DNA of 64,000 nt. It comes from a virus (lineage: Duplodnaviria; Heunggongvirae; Uroviricota; Caudoviricetes). Below the pieces are notes generated by a model. It was given only the letters and a program-made list of their open reading frames with translations, was not told the DNA's origin and ran no database searches. Positions 1 to 10,982 of the stretch are shown piece after piece (the first letter of the stretch is position 1; every line of letters begins with the position of its first letter). The position numbers and the translations under genes are program-made. The stretch spans positions 33,387 to 97,386 of the IMG/VR virus record IMGVR_UViG_3300031760_000012; one strand, given 5' to 3'.

Positions 1-3000
1 CAAAAGATCGTCATGATGGCGAATCAGCTGATGGCATCGTTTCGATTTACAAAGATGCGATGAGTGCAATCTCAGCAGAAGCCGCCAGAGTAAGAGCTGA
101 AGGTGCGTCAGAAAACAACGAGTACCTGATCGAACTCAAGCGCCAGTGGTACGACTATCGTGACCGTGTCAAGGAAGTTCAGAAGGAAGTATACGCAGAA
201 CAGGCTGCATGGGCGAAGCATCAGACAACAATGCTGGAGTCAACCATCGTAGGAAGCTCCGGCAAGAGCCAGTTGATCGGCGCATATCAAAACGAACAGC
301 GCGCGTTGCTACAGGAAATTTCCAATCTGGCGGCAATGGGCTATCAAGAGACAGACCAAGAGATTTACTCGCTCCGTGAGCAGATCGCATCATTGAACGC
401 GTCGATTCGAGAGACACAGAAGGAAGTTGTCGAGAACGCAGCTGCATTCGCAAAGCACAATACGACGATGGCACAGTACGCTACGGCGCACACTGGAGAC
501 TCGAGGTCGATGATCGGCGCATGGCGCAGCGAGCAGGCAGCACTACAACAACAAATTTCTGCTCTGGCGGCGATGGGTTATCGAGAAACAGATCAGGAGA
601 TTTACTCTCTGAGAGAACAGATCGCTGAGCTGAGTAACTCGATCGTCGAGGCGAACGCTCAGTGGCTTGAAATTCAGGCACAGATCGACCGCCGCGAAGA
701 GACGATCATGGACTATTATCATTCCTCTCCGCAGGACATGATGAAGTACTACGACAAGATGATCCAGCGCACACAGGAGCGCCGCAACCAGCTTTACGGA
801 CTCGGCTACGGAGAGTTCAGTAGCGAGGTCCAAAGTACGATCGACGAGTACTGGGACTACATGCAGAAGAAGCAGGATGCGTACAAGGAGCAGCTCCAGC
901 AGGCGATCGACGTATATGACCTGTACAAGAAGGAACTCGAAGTCGGCAAATATCCGTTCGAGGAATTCGTCCGTGTCATATATGAAGAGCGCGCCAATGT
1001 CGAAGAAATGATGCGTGCTCTGCGCAACATGGGATACGCAGAGAACTCGTCCGAAATGGTATCACTGAAGCAGCAATGGCTCGAGGCGATCAATGAGATC
1101 GAGGACCGTGCTTCTGACGCCATGAGCGAGATTGACCGCCGTCTTGGACATCAGATCAAGATGATCCAGAATAACTACACGATCCCAGAGGCAGCTGAAC
1201 GGACTATTCCGTTGCTGAAACAGCAGCAGCGTGAGTACCACGAACTGGCAGAGCAGCTCAGAATGCTGGGCTACAACGAAGATAGCGAAGTCATCCAGAA
1301 GCTCGAGGAAGCATGGTGGGATGTACAGCGCGAAATCGTTAACACCTACAAAGAAGCGATGGACGACATCATCGCAGTATCTGAGCATACTGTATCAATG
1401 GTGTTTGACCGTAGAAACTATTCATATCAGGAATATGTAAACGAATATAAGCGCATCCAATCTGAGCTCCATGCGACTGCTGACAAGTATCGTGAAATGG
1501 GCATCGATGAAAACGACGAGCTTATTCGCGACCTTCAAGATCAGTGGTGGGACTACGAAGACAAAGTTCTTGATGTGTTCCAGAATCTGGTCGACGAAGC
1601 AAGCAAGTCGATCGACGCTCTGAAGGGAGCCTACGACGACTTCCTTAAAGCGGCGGAAGACTATGGACAATATGGAGCGCTTTCATACGATTCATTCAAG
1701 GCGATCATCGATCTTGGTCCAGAATATCTGTCATACATTACTGATACTAACGGCTTGCTGCAGATCAACAAGGCGAACATCAAACAGGTTCTTGCCGCCA
1801 AAGCAGAAGAGCTTGCTGTTGATACTGCGCTGAATTACCTTGAGCGCATTCGCGAAGCACGCATGACCGATCAGGTCGACCTCATTGACGAGCTGACCAA
1901 AGGAACACAACACGCAGCATCCGCGACTCGTGAACTGATCTACTTCCAGCTGAAGAACTTAGGTTTGACGCAGACTCAGTTCGAAGGAGCTGTGGCGAAT
2001 CTGGACAAGATGTTCTCGCTGAAGGACCAGTTCGTGCTCGATATCGACGTGGCACTGAATCCGGAAAATACCAGTTCGCTGGACGATCTCTCTGGGTCGT
2101 TCGACGACATGGTTGGCTACGTCGAGGATATGATCAAGTCTGAGTACGACGAGATGGGCAAAGCTCTGGACGAGCAGCTCAAGAAGTACAAGGACATTGT
2201 CGACAAGAAGAAGGAAGCCCTGAAGCTTGCGAAGGAAGAGGCAGACTACGAAGAAGAGGTCGCCGATCAGGTCAAAGAGATTGCGAAGCTGCAAAATCAG
2301 ATCGACCAGTTGTCGCTGGATGACAGCAACGAGGCACGCGCGAAGCGTGCCAAGCTGGAAGAAGAGCTTGCCAACGCGACGAAGAAGCTTGCGGACAACC
2401 AGAGAGATCACGCAATTGCGGCTACGGAAGATCAACTCGACGCGGACGTTAAGGCAGTCGAGGAATCGACCGATGCACGCAAGGAGGCAATCAACGACGA
2501 AGTAAGTTCAGCAGAGAAGCTCCACCGACTGGCGATGGATCGCATCATGCAGTACGGAGAGCAGAATCTGAACAAACTGCTTCAGGAAGTGCTCGACTGG
2601 AACCTGAAGTCAGGCAACTCACTCGAGCGGAACATTAAGGATACATGGATCGACATTAACAACCTTGTTGAAAGATACGGATCTCTCGTAGGCGCGATCG
2701 CGGCGATCAGGAATTCGTCACTGAAAGATACCGTCAGAGAAGTAATGGCCGAAGGTGTCGGCACGACGAATACTGGCTCGAACGACATTATCGGACGAAG
2801 CTACTACAACGGTCTCGACATGACTGAGTTCCAGAAGGTGCTGGACAGCATGATCGAGAACTCAATGGACTGGTGGACTGCGACGCGGAACAACCAGCGT
2901 AGATCTGTCACAGAAGAAGCGAACGAGAACTCCAGACTGTCGAACAAATTTAAGCAGCTGACCGGCGTGTCGAGTACACGTCGCGGAGACGGACGCTGGT

Positions 3001-3644
3001 ATATCGACGATTCCGACAAGCTTCTGTACGACAATCAGGATGTCGGTGAATGGGTCGTTAACCGGATGAAGGAAAACGACGCGAAGGTAATCGCCGGAGA
3101 TATGACGTCTGCTCAGGCGCAGAAAGAGAACGCTGACTTTGCTCAGTCGCTTGGTCAGTATACTGGCGCAAGAGTCACCCAGGGATCGGACGGTACATGG
3201 TATTACAACGGACGCAAACTGTACGATGTCACCAAGTTCCACTCTGGCGGCGTTGTCGGTAAGGGAACATTGAAGCAGGATGAGATCATGGCGAAGCTCC
3301 AGAAGGGCGAGATGGTTCTGAACAAAGAGCGTCAGAAAGGCTTGTTCAAGCTGGTCGATCTGGCATCTTATCTGTCAGAGAAGCTCGGCGTGAATCTCCG
3401 TGGCAAGACGCTTTCTGCTAGCGGAGACCTGAAGAATATGGATCTTGACGGAGTTACGAAACCGACGAATCAGATTAACTCGAGCGTGAATTTCGCACCA
3501 AATATCAATGTTACTATCTCTGGCGGTGTTGAGGATCCAATGTCAGCCAAGAAGTATGCAAAATCGATTGCCGATCTCACATTGGGCAATCTCAAAGAGG
3601 CATTCTCACAGAAAGGCATCACGCGCTCACTGCAGAATGCATAA
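1..3644 (+). CDS. tail tape measure protein; 5' end lies outside the window (frame open back to nt 3)
   Basis: 1194+ aa, highly charged and alpha-helical, with internal sequence repeats (LAAMGYxETDQEIYSLREQIA occurs twice). It sits immediately upstream of the tail tip proteins. No in-frame stop between nt 3 and the first ATG at 60. Confidence 0.75.
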   Translation, partial: KDRHDGESADGIVSIYKDAMSAISAEAARVRAEGASENNEYLIELKRQWYDYRDRVKEVQKEVYAEQAAWAKHQTTMLESTIVGSSGKSQLIGAYQNEQRALLQEISNLAAMGYQETDQEIYSLREQIASLNASIRETQKEVVENAAAFAKHNTTMAQYATAHTGDSRSMIGAWRSEQAALQQQISALAAMGYRETDQEIYSLREQIAELSNSIVEANAQWLEIQAQIDRREETIMDYYHSSPQDMMKYYDKMIQRTQERRNQLYGLGYGEFSSEVQSTIDEYWDYMQKKQDAYKEQLQQAIDVYDLYKKELEVGKYPFEEFVRVIYEERANVEEMMRALRNMGYAENSSEMVSLKQQWLEAINEIEDRASDAMSEIDRRLGHQIKMIQNNYTIPEAAERTIPLLKQQQREYHELAEQLRMLGYNEDSEVIQKLEEAWWDVQREIVNTYKEAMDDIIAVSEHTVSMVFDRRNYSYQEYVNEYKRIQSELHATADKYREMGIDENDELIRDLQDQWWDYEDKVLDVFQNLVDEASKSIDALKGAYDDFLKAAEDYGQYGALSYDSFKAIIDLGPEYLSYITDTNGLLQINKANIKQVLAAKAEELAVDTALNYLERIREARMTDQVDLIDELTKGTQHAASATRELIYFQLKNLGLTQTQFEGAVANLDKMFSLKDQFVLDIDVALNPENTSSLDDLSGSFDDMVGYVEDMIKSEYDEMGKALDEQLKKYKDIVDKKKEALKLAKEEADYEEEVADQVKEIAKLQNQIDQLSLDDSNEARAKRAKLEEELANATKKLADNQRDHAIAATEDQLDADVKAVEESTDARKEAINDEVSSAEKLHRLAMDRIMQYGEQNLNKLLQEVLDWNLKSGNSLERNIKDTWIDINNLVERYGSLVGAIAAIRNSSLKDTVREVMAEGVGTTNTGSNDIIGRSYYNGLDMTEFQKVLDSMIENSMDWWTATRNNQRRSVTEEANENSRLSNKFKQLTGVSSTRRGDGRWYIDDSDKLLYDNQDVGEWVVNRMKENDAKVIAGDMTSAQAQKENADFAQSLGQYTGARVTQGSDGTWYYNGRKLYDVTKFHSGGVVGKGTLKQDEIMAKLQKGEMVLNKERQKGLFKLVDLASYLSEKLGVNLRGKTLSASGDLKNMDLDGVTKPTNQINSSVNFAPNINVTISGGVEDPMSAKKYAKSIADLTLGNLKEAFSQKGITRSLQNA

Positions 3645-3695
3645 CGATAAAACTACTACGAGGTGGGAGGCTTGTCCTCTCACCTCTTCACATAA

Positions 3696-6600
3696 ATGAA
3701 AGGAGGGACGCTGGTGATTGTCGATTTTCAGACGATAGACATTTACGACAGGCAGCCGACACTGGTCTTGAAGGCGCCAAGCGGCAAGGTCATTCAGACA
3801 CTGGGCTACGCGCACAATATCGAGTGCAGCTTTAACTATAGCGAAACGAGCAAGCTCACCTTTGACCTGCCGGCATATGTAAATGGCGAACCGACACCTA
3901 ATTACGATAAGGTCGTCGGAGAGATGATTATTGACTTGGTCGGATGGGGATTATTCATCCTTCAGAATCCGAGCACAACAAACACAGGCATACAAGAAAC
4001 GAAGTCCTGTACAGCCTATTCGTTAGAATACGAACTGACTCATCGGCAGATGTCTCTTGAAGAAGGCACGTACAACTTTTGGGACTCAGGCGTAACCGCC
4101 GGCGACTCCCCTACCACACTCATGGGTATCATCTTGCAGTATTGTCCAGGCTGGAGTATGGGCGACGTCGACAATGCGCTCATTGGCAAGTACCGTACAT
4201 TCGATCAGATTCAGGATAATGCGTACAATGTCATGATGAATACGCTGCAGGTTCCGTACAACTGTATCTTCTCGTTCGACACATATAAAAGGAAGATAAA
4301 TGTCATCGACGCGAACTCAGACGCTCCGTCCAACCCGATCTTCATCTCGCTGGATAACCTTGCGAAAGAGATCGAGATCAACGAACAGTCAGAGAATCTG
4401 ATCACGGTGCTGGATGTGTACGGCGCAGACGATGTTGATATCAGAGGCGCGAACCCGCTTGGCACGAACAAGATTTACAATCTGGACTACTTTATGAACG
4501 AGGTCCACTTCGACCAAGAGACCATCGACAAATGGAACGCGTGGAAGGATACGTTTGAGCAGAACCGCCAGACGTATTATGATTTGTCGATTCGTCGCGC
4601 TATGAAGACATCTGAGAAGATTGCGCTTCAGGCACGAAAGACCGACGAGGAAGGTGTCCTGTCAACGTACGAGACTGAGCAGGGCGTCAACATCCGTCAG
4701 CTATCGTACGGAGACGAGACTGGCGCGGTTCAGGAAAGACTCGACGAACTCAACGACTTGATCCCACAGCAGCGTGCGACGATTACTGGAACACAGCTCG
4801 AGATCGACGAAGTTCAGTCTGAGCTCGACGATATCCTTGCACAGCTCAAGGAAATCAACGAGGCAACGGCGTTTGAAAGCTTCTTTACGGATGATGAAAT
4901 CGAGCAGCTTCAGCACTACTTCATCGAGAACGCGCTTGAGGAGTCGTCGTTTGCGGTTAATGAATACACATCGTTTTCGGACGAGTCACAGACAGCGGCT
5001 GATGTGCCGATCACGTCGACGGTTACTGGTTCACAGGTAACAACTGTTGATCCGCGCGAAGGAACGAACGAGGAGATCTATTCCTTCATTGACGGCACGG
5101 TTGAGGTGTCATACGGCAGTTATACTGACGATGACGATGTTGAACATCCACGATTTACGATTACCGCAAGCATTAAACGCGGCTCTGCGGAGTTGAACGA
5201 CACGACTGAAGATGACGTAACGACGAGACGCCTGACCGAGACTATCGTCGTCGGCGCAGGGACTAAGACCGACAACAAGGAAAACAATGTGTCGCAGTTC
5301 ATGAACGGCACGCTGATCATCCTGGGCAAGCACGAGTCGACCGAGTCGGACGTTGCAGACACAGAGATCAACGTCATGCGCGAAGGATCGACCTTGACAT
5401 GCTCTGTCTCAGAAGGCGACATGTACCTGACCTCACAGGCGACGCTGTTCGAGCAGTACGACGTCGAGCTGGATCTGTACGAGTTCGCACAGGAAGAACT
5501 GCGCAAGATGGCGTATCCGACGTACACATTCAAGATCGACACATCGAACTTCCTTGCACTGGAAGACTTTAAACAATTTGCATCGCAGCTCTCGTTGGGG
5601 CAGCGTTTATATATAGATATCGGAACAAAAGTACTGGAGCCAATTCTAGTCGGAGTCGAGATGTCATTCGAGGATCTGACAGACTTCTCGCTTTCGTTCA
5701 GCGACACATACCACGGAGACGACAATGCATTCGGACTGGTGGATTTGTTGCAGAAAAGCGTCAGCATGGGTCACAAGCTTGATCTGAGCAAGTACTCGTA
5801 TGGCGCGTATGTAAACAGTGGAGCGAACACAGCGGTAAAAGATTTCATGACTTCTGCATTGGACGCGTCTAAAAACGCCGTCGTAAACGCCGCTAATCAA
5901 GCCGTCAAAATCGACGAGTCAGGAATTCGGCTCAGAAATCCGGATGAATCTGGAGGATTCGACGATGAGCAGATGTGGATCATCAATAACAATATCGTTC
6001 TTACTGATGACGGCTGGAACACTGCAAAGGTTGCGATTGGTCATTTCCATGACGATAACACGGGAGATGGCTGGGGTGTCGTTGCGCCGAACATCGTAGG
6101 AACACTGCTCGCAGGAGAGAATCTGGTCATCGAGTCAAAGAAGGCTGGTGTTCCGGGGAGCTCTGGCGAAACGTCGCTATTCAGAGTCGACGGAGATGGC
6201 GCGTCATTATACAACGCGAAGTTCGAACTTATTACACCACTCGGAGAGACCAGTGATGGCGTTGGTCATTACGGCAATATCGTCCTCGACCCTGAGCTTG
6301 GCATCGGTATCGGCTCGTACTCAGGTGCGTACACGAAGCAAAATGTGACACGGAGAGGTCATTCCGGTCAAGTTGACGGGATTATATTTACATCAGACGA
6401 CGGATCGATCAGAGAGTGGAACTCAGACATTATGAGCGGTGGTCTCAACTCGTACGATGGTAATACGAATTTCTGGGTTGACCTAGATGGCAGTATTCAT
6501 TTCAAAGGAACGCTCGAAGGTGCAGATGGTCAGTTCACAGGATCGCTCAAGGTCGGAGATCCGGATGGATCGCTGACTGGTGAAACGCATGGACTCTATG

Positions 6601-9170
6601 TCGACGAAAACGGAAATCTTTCTCTTGGCGGAATCTATAAGCCGGGCAGTCAGGTTGATGGCTCCACAGAAGAAGGTCTCGAGGCGCCGTTCTATGTAGA
6701 CGCGCAGGGTAACATGTATGCGACATCCGGCACGTTTACGGGTGTTGTAAGCGCAGACAATTTGTTATTCAAAGATCCGACAACAGGTAATTTTGAAAGT
6801 GTTCTCGACGACCACAACCGTATCATGAGCAACTTTCTTGACCTCGGCGGCATACAGCTGGAGGGCGAGACCGGTAATATCACGATGAGCGGTACGCTAA
6901 ATCTAGGTGGACTGAGTAGCATCATCTGGGGAAACAATATCCCTGGGTCGACATACGAGTATTCTGATGACGGAATCACATGGGTCGCTGAGAATAAGGA
7001 TCAGGTTACGCTTGTAGTATCAACGGTGAACAATCCGGGTATAAAACAAGGAAATGTCAAAATCTTCTACGACACTGAGTTCCTTGAATTTGGTTCTATC
7101 ACGAACGGTTCTGTCTCATCGGTAATTGCTGAAAACGACAAGACAACCGGTTGTGTAACATGTAAATTCGGCAACGGGACAAGTACTGTTTCAGGGAATG
7201 GTACACTATGTACTTTGACATTTAACGTAAACGGACGAGTACGCGGCGACTATAAGTTCACTTCTGGCGGCAAATATACGTCAGACTCAGAGCGCGATGT
7301 TCCGGTTGTAAACATTCCATTTACGCTTGGCACGTCGTATGGTGAAAGCAGTGCTGTTACTGGGTCGCCGTTCAAATATCAGGCAACAACAACACAAGGT
7401 ATAAACGATAAGAAATACTGCAGAACTGTCACGAAGTACACAAAGCGCGACCAGGCGGGAAATCTTACGGAAATCATAAAGTACGGAGAGCCAACTCTTA
7501 CGACAACAGGATCGTATTTGCCGTCATATATCAAAGAGACTCATATTGACATGGGAGCGGTAACCTCTCCGTCGTTCCTTGGTAACGACATGTACGCAAT
7601 CAACTTTAAGATCGTCGACGGGTTTACTCAAGGAAGCGAAGGCACTGCTGTCCCGCAATCCATCCTAGGAACGATGGGTCAGATTAACGGATGGGCTGGA
7701 AAATACAAGTCTGACGGAAGTAAATTATACACAGTAGGCGTAGGACTACGACAAGATGACGACCATTACGTAATTTGTACAAGCCTTGGGACTAGGCTTC
7801 AGACAGGAACTGTTAACAATAATTCAGGAACCGGCTGGAGTAGTGTTGTTACAATGTCATCGTCTGCTTATATGGCGAGTGGTAATAGACTGTATCTTGG
7901 CTTAGAAAATAACAATGGAAGACTTATCGGCGGATATTTCAATGTAAATTCAAGCGGAACAAGAACGCCTAAGTCGATTGTTGAGATGACGTCTAGTGAA
8001 GCGAAAATGCAGTATTCCACATCTACATCTGGCGTATATTCAACCGTTAGCCTTACAGAATATGACGCAATAGTTAGCTACACAGACGAAGTATTTTTGG
8101 ATGCTGGGATTTCAGGCGTGACCATCCAGTATACAGCCAACAGTAAAATAGAAATTGGTGGCAGTATTAATATAGAAACAAAGGGCTATGAAACAAATAT
8201 TTCTATATCGGCAAATAATAACGCTGGCTTAAAAGCAAATAGTGGAACAGCATCGCTTATTGGAGCAACGTATACAGAGATCATGGCGACCCATAGCGCT
8301 GGCGCGAATGTACAGATAAAAGACTACGTTGGGAATGTCAGATGGACATCAAATAATTCCGAAGCAAGAATGCAGTATTCGTCAACTTCTGTCGCGTGTT
8401 CGTCAACAGGAATATCTATTGATTCAGGCAAGGCACTTACAATGACAGGAACTTCAATAGGTATTACAGCATCTGCCGGGACAACTATTAATACAAGTGG
8501 TAGTTACTCAACTGTCATACAGTCAGGCGGGTCAACAAGACTTTCAGCAGGATCACAAGGTATATGGCTTCACGGTCAAACTCCAACATCAAACTATGAG
8601 CATCCATATATCAAAGTAACAACAACAGAAGCTTATATGCAATACAGAACAAACAGATATCTAAACGTCGGCAATTCTGGCGTTGAGATGAGATTCGATA
8701 ATACTGGGTTTGTTTCTGTTAACAGCACAAATGCAAGACTTTCGTATGACACACTTGTGTATGTAAATTGTTACGGATCTGGCGTCGATATACGCGCTGG
8801 AAATTATCAAATGTGGATATATACAGACGGGTCTTACGGTCCTTCCGACATAAGATGGAAGAAAAATATTGAATATTCAGTAGACGGAGACCTTGTTGAT
8901 GAACTCAAACCGGTAAGATTTATGTATAACTGGGGAACAGATTATACTTATGGATTTATAGCTCAAGATGTGCGCGATGTAATTCCTGAGCTTGTTGGGG
9001 TTAAACATGGAGAAGGAGATCCAGAAGATGGTTATTTAGGGCTGAATTACGACGCATTCGTTCCTATCCTCACAGCAAAGCTCCAGAAACACACGCGGAT
9101 CATCAAAGAACAGGAAGACCGCATTGCAGAATTAGAACGACAGATAAGAGAGGTGAGAAACGATGGATGA
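3696..9170 (+). CDS. tail tip/fiber protein (1824 aa): N-terminal phage minor-structural (Tal-like) region, long beta-rich central part, C-terminal peptidase S74 intramolecular chaperone domain
   Basis: The C-terminus (DIRWKKNIEY...GFIAQDVRDVIPELV...LNYDAFVPILTAKLQ) matches the conserved auto-cleaving chaperone domain of phage tail spikes/endosialidases. It follows the TMP directly. RBS AAAGGAGGG; the true start may be the GTG at 3714. Confidence 0.75.
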   Translation: MKGGTLVIVDFQTIDIYDRQPTLVLKAPSGKVIQTLGYAHNIECSFNYSETSKLTFDLPAYVNGEPTPNYDKVVGEMIIDLVGWGLFILQNPSTTNTGIQETKSCTAYSLEYELTHRQMSLEEGTYNFWDSGVTAGDSPTTLMGIILQYCPGWSMGDVDNALIGKYRTFDQIQDNAYNVMMNTLQVPYNCIFSFDTYKRKINVIDANSDAPSNPIFISLDNLAKEIEINEQSENLITVLDVYGADDVDIRGANPLGTNKIYNLDYFMNEVHFDQETIDKWNAWKDTFEQNRQTYYDLSIRRAMKTSEKIALQARKTDEEGVLSTYETEQGVNIRQLSYGDETGAVQERLDELNDLIPQQRATITGTQLEIDEVQSELDDILAQLKEINEATAFESFFTDDEIEQLQHYFIENALEESSFAVNEYTSFSDESQTAADVPITSTVTGSQVTTVDPREGTNEEIYSFIDGTVEVSYGSYTDDDDVEHPRFTITASIKRGSAELNDTTEDDVTTRRLTETIVVGAGTKTDNKENNVSQFMNGTLIILGKHESTESDVADTEINVMREGSTLTCSVSEGDMYLTSQATLFEQYDVELDLYEFAQEELRKMAYPTYTFKIDTSNFLALEDFKQFASQLSLGQRLYIDIGTKVLEPILVGVEMSFEDLTDFSLSFSDTYHGDDNAFGLVDLLQKSVSMGHKLDLSKYSYGAYVNSGANTAVKDFMTSALDASKNAVVNAANQAVKIDESGIRLRNPDESGGFDDEQMWIINNNIVLTDDGWNTAKVAIGHFHDDNTGDGWGVVAPNIVGTLLAGENLVIESKKAGVPGSSGETSLFRVDGDGASLYNAKFELITPLGETSDGVGHYGNIVLDPELGIGIGSYSGAYTKQNVTRRGHSGQVDGIIFTSDDGSIREWNSDIMSGGLNSYDGNTNFWVDLDGSIHFKGTLEGADGQFTGSLKVGDPDGSLTGETHGLYVDENGNLSLGGIYKPGSQVDGSTEEGLEAPFYVDAQGNMYATSGTFTGVVSADNLLFKDPTTGNFESVLDDHNRIMSNFLDLGGIQLEGETGNITMSGTLNLGGLSSIIWGNNIPGSTYEYSDDGITWVAENKDQVTLVVSTVNNPGIKQGNVKIFYDTEFLEFGSITNGSVSSVIAENDKTTGCVTCKFGNGTSTVSGNGTLCTLTFNVNGRVRGDYKFTSGGKYTSDSERDVPVVNIPFTLGTSYGESSAVTGSPFKYQATTTQGINDKKYCRTVTKYTKRDQAGNLTEIIKYGEPTLTTTGSYLPSYIKETHIDMGAVTSPSFLGNDMYAINFKIVDGFTQGSEGTAVPQSILGTMGQINGWAGKYKSDGSKLYTVGVGLRQDDDHYVICTSLGTRLQTGTVNNNSGTGWSSVVTMSSSAYMASGNRLYLGLENNNGRLIGGYFNVNSSGTRTPKSIVEMTSSEAKMQYSTSTSGVYSTVSLTEYDAIVSYTDEVFLDAGISGVTIQYTANSKIEIGGSINIETKGYETNISISANNNAGLKANSGTASLIGATYTEIMATHSAGANVQIKDYVGNVRWTSNNSEARMQYSSTSVACSSTGISIDSGKALTMTGTSIGITASAGTTINTSGSYSTVIQSGGSTRLSAGSQGIWLHGQTPTSNYEHPYIKVTTTEAYMQYRTNRYLNVGNSGVEMRFDNTGFVSVNSTNARLSYDTLVYVNCYGSGVDIRAGNYQMWIYTDGSYGPSDIRWKKNIEYSVDGDLVDELKPVRFMYNWGTDYTYGFIAQDVRDVIPELVGVKHGEGDPEDGYLGLNYDAFVPILTAKLQKHTRIIKEQEDRIAELERQIREVRNDG

Positions 9171-9579
9171 GTTTGTACGCGGCGCGACCAGCGTCTTAGA
9201 AGTAACGGTCGATCAGGATATCAGCGAGTCGACAAATATCGAAATGTGGATCGACACATTCAACGACGTTTATAAGCACGAAAAGGACGCACTGAAATAC
9301 GTACGCGTCTCGAACGGTGTAACGACCGTCGGCTACCAATTAACTCAGTATGAATCCCTCTCTTGTCGCGAGGATTATATATCGGTTCAGCTCAGATGGA
9401 CCAGTGACACTGGGATTGTCGGAGCGACCAAAAAGAAATATATGGTAATCAACGACGCTGAGTGGGAGGATCGCATCACGCTCGAGCCGAGCGACGACGA
9501 AGACGATGCAACATATCTCGGCATTGACAGAATCCCTGAACGTGACATCTTGACGATGATGAACGAGCAGGACGGGTGA
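9163..9579 (+). CDS. hypothetical phage structural protein
   Basis: 138-aa ORF. Its ATG overlaps the stop of the upstream gene (ATGGATGA), suggesting translational coupling. Confidence 0.5.
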   Translation: MDEFVRGATSVLEVTVDQDISESTNIEMWIDTFNDVYKHEKDALKYVRVSNGVTTVGYQLTQYESLSCREDYISVQLRWTSDTGIVGATKKKYMVINDAEWEDRITLEPSDDEDDATYLGIDRIPERDILTMMNEQDG

Positions 9580-9590
9580 AAGGAATAATT

Positions 9591-9752
9591 ATGGAAACTA
9601 TTAAAAACAACATCGCATTAGTAATCAATGCACTTAACAACGTAGAGACCAAAGGCGTGCAGAATCTCAACAATCTTGTTGGTAGTATCAACATCTTGCA
9701 GGAGACACTGAACAAATTATCAGAGCCGCCAGAAGTCGTCAATGAGGAGTGA
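9591..9752 (+). CDS. small hypothetical protein (53 aa); not in the ORF track
   Basis: ATG at 9591 preceded by AAAGGAATAAT; clean ORF METIKNNIALVINALNNVETKGVQNLNNLVGSINILQETLNKLSEPPEVVNEE; it fills the gap between the flanking genes. Confidence 0.35.
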   Translation: METIKNNIALVINALNNVETKGVQNLNNLVGSINILQETLNKLSEPPEVVNEE

Positions 9753-9758
9753 TCTCAT

Positions 9759-10559
9759 ATGGCATTTTATGGATGCGATTTCAAATACGACTCGTCATGG
9801 GCGAGCAACCTTGAGCTGCAGATTTACGACTTCGACTCTTCTGATCAAGGGTCGACGTCGGACTTTGTGGCTCAAGGAACCATCGTCAGCGATGCCGTAG
9901 CCGGGCGCGATGACATTTTGCTGTACGGGCAGGAGCAGAAAGATACTCTTGCCCCGCATCTTGTCTTCGGTGTCAATCAGGGACGGCTCGACGAGGACCG
10001 CTGGCTGACGCGGAAGGAAATCGCGCACATCGCAGAATGGCTCACAGCTGACGGACGGTGGCACTGGCTCAAGATCAAGCAGGAAGATATGGTCGAGTAT
10101 CGTTACAAGGTCGTTCTCGAGTCGCTGCAGCTGCTGCACAATGGGACGTATCCGTATGCGTTCGAGGCTAGCTTCGTCGCGGATTCTGCGTATGCGTACA
10201 TGTACCCGCGAGAATACACATGGCACAGGGGCGAGAACGAGTTTTACAACATCAGCACGAGCAAGATGTACTACAAGCCGACGCTACTCATCCATCTTTC
10301 TTCTGGCGGCGACTGCTCGATCGTGAATCACTCTGATGGCGACAGGGAGTTTAAGCTCGCTGGAGTTCCGGGGTCAGTGTCAAACATCTTGGTCGACAAC
10401 GCGAACCAGATTATCACGGATGTTGATGGCGGTCTGAATTTGTACGAGTACTTTAACTTCAACTTCTTCAGAGCGGTCAAAGGCAAGAACGACCTGACCG
10501 TTACCGGCAGTGATGAGATTGTTGCTATGTGCGAGTTCCCTATGAATATCGGGGTCTGA
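9759..10559 (+). CDS. hypothetical tail-associated protein
   Basis: 266-aa ORF within the tail module; no recognizable motif. Confidence 0.5.
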   Translation: MAFYGCDFKYDSSWASNLELQIYDFDSSDQGSTSDFVAQGTIVSDAVAGRDDILLYGQEQKDTLAPHLVFGVNQGRLDEDRWLTRKEIAHIAEWLTADGRWHWLKIKQEDMVEYRYKVVLESLQLLHNGTYPYAFEASFVADSAYAYMYPREYTWHRGENEFYNISTSKMYYKPTLLIHLSSGGDCSIVNHSDGDREFKLAGVPGSVSNILVDNANQIITDVDGGLNLYEYFNFNFFRAVKGKNDLTVTGSDEIVAMCEFPMNIGV

Positions 10560-10575
10560 TAATCGAGGTGATTAA

Positions 10576-10968
10576 ATGAAACACTATTTAGACTTACCCG
10601 GTCTCACATTTTTCTACAATCAGATCAAGCAGCGATTCGCGCTGAAGGCAGACATCGGAGCGCCTCTTATCGCGAAGAACCACTCCGAGATGACAAATCA
10701 GAAAAAGATTTATGTCTATACAGGATCTGAGGATGGATATACGAATGGCAACTGGTACTATTACGATTCCGGACAATGGGTTTCTGGCGGAGTATACAAC
10801 GCAGTTGCTGTTGAGACTGACAAATCACTTGGGCTCGAGAATTTGCCGGCAGACTCAAAGGCGACCGGAGACGCGATAGCTGGTCTTAGAGCAGAGATGC
10901 CGGAACTTATTGAAGCGAACCACAAGATGATAACAAGTGAAGATGTAATCAATATGTGGGCAGAATAA
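10576..10968 (+). CDS. hypothetical protein
   Basis: 130-aa ORF; RBS GAGGTGA upstream. Confidence 0.5.
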   Translation: MKHYLDLPGLTFFYNQIKQRFALKADIGAPLIAKNHSEMTNQKKIYVYTGSEDGYTNGNWYYYDSGQWVSGGVYNAVAVETDKSLGLENLPADSKATGDAIAGLRAEMPELIEANHKMITSEDVINMWAE

Positions 10969-10982
10969 CGGGAGGTGATCCA

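Noticed and set aside
6950-7330. A cohesin-like domain inside the 1824-aa tail protein (…VKIFYDTEFLEFGSITNGSV…GTLCTLTFNVNG…)
   Set aside because: The resemblance is only a generic beta-sandwich pattern; it cannot be supported without a profile search.
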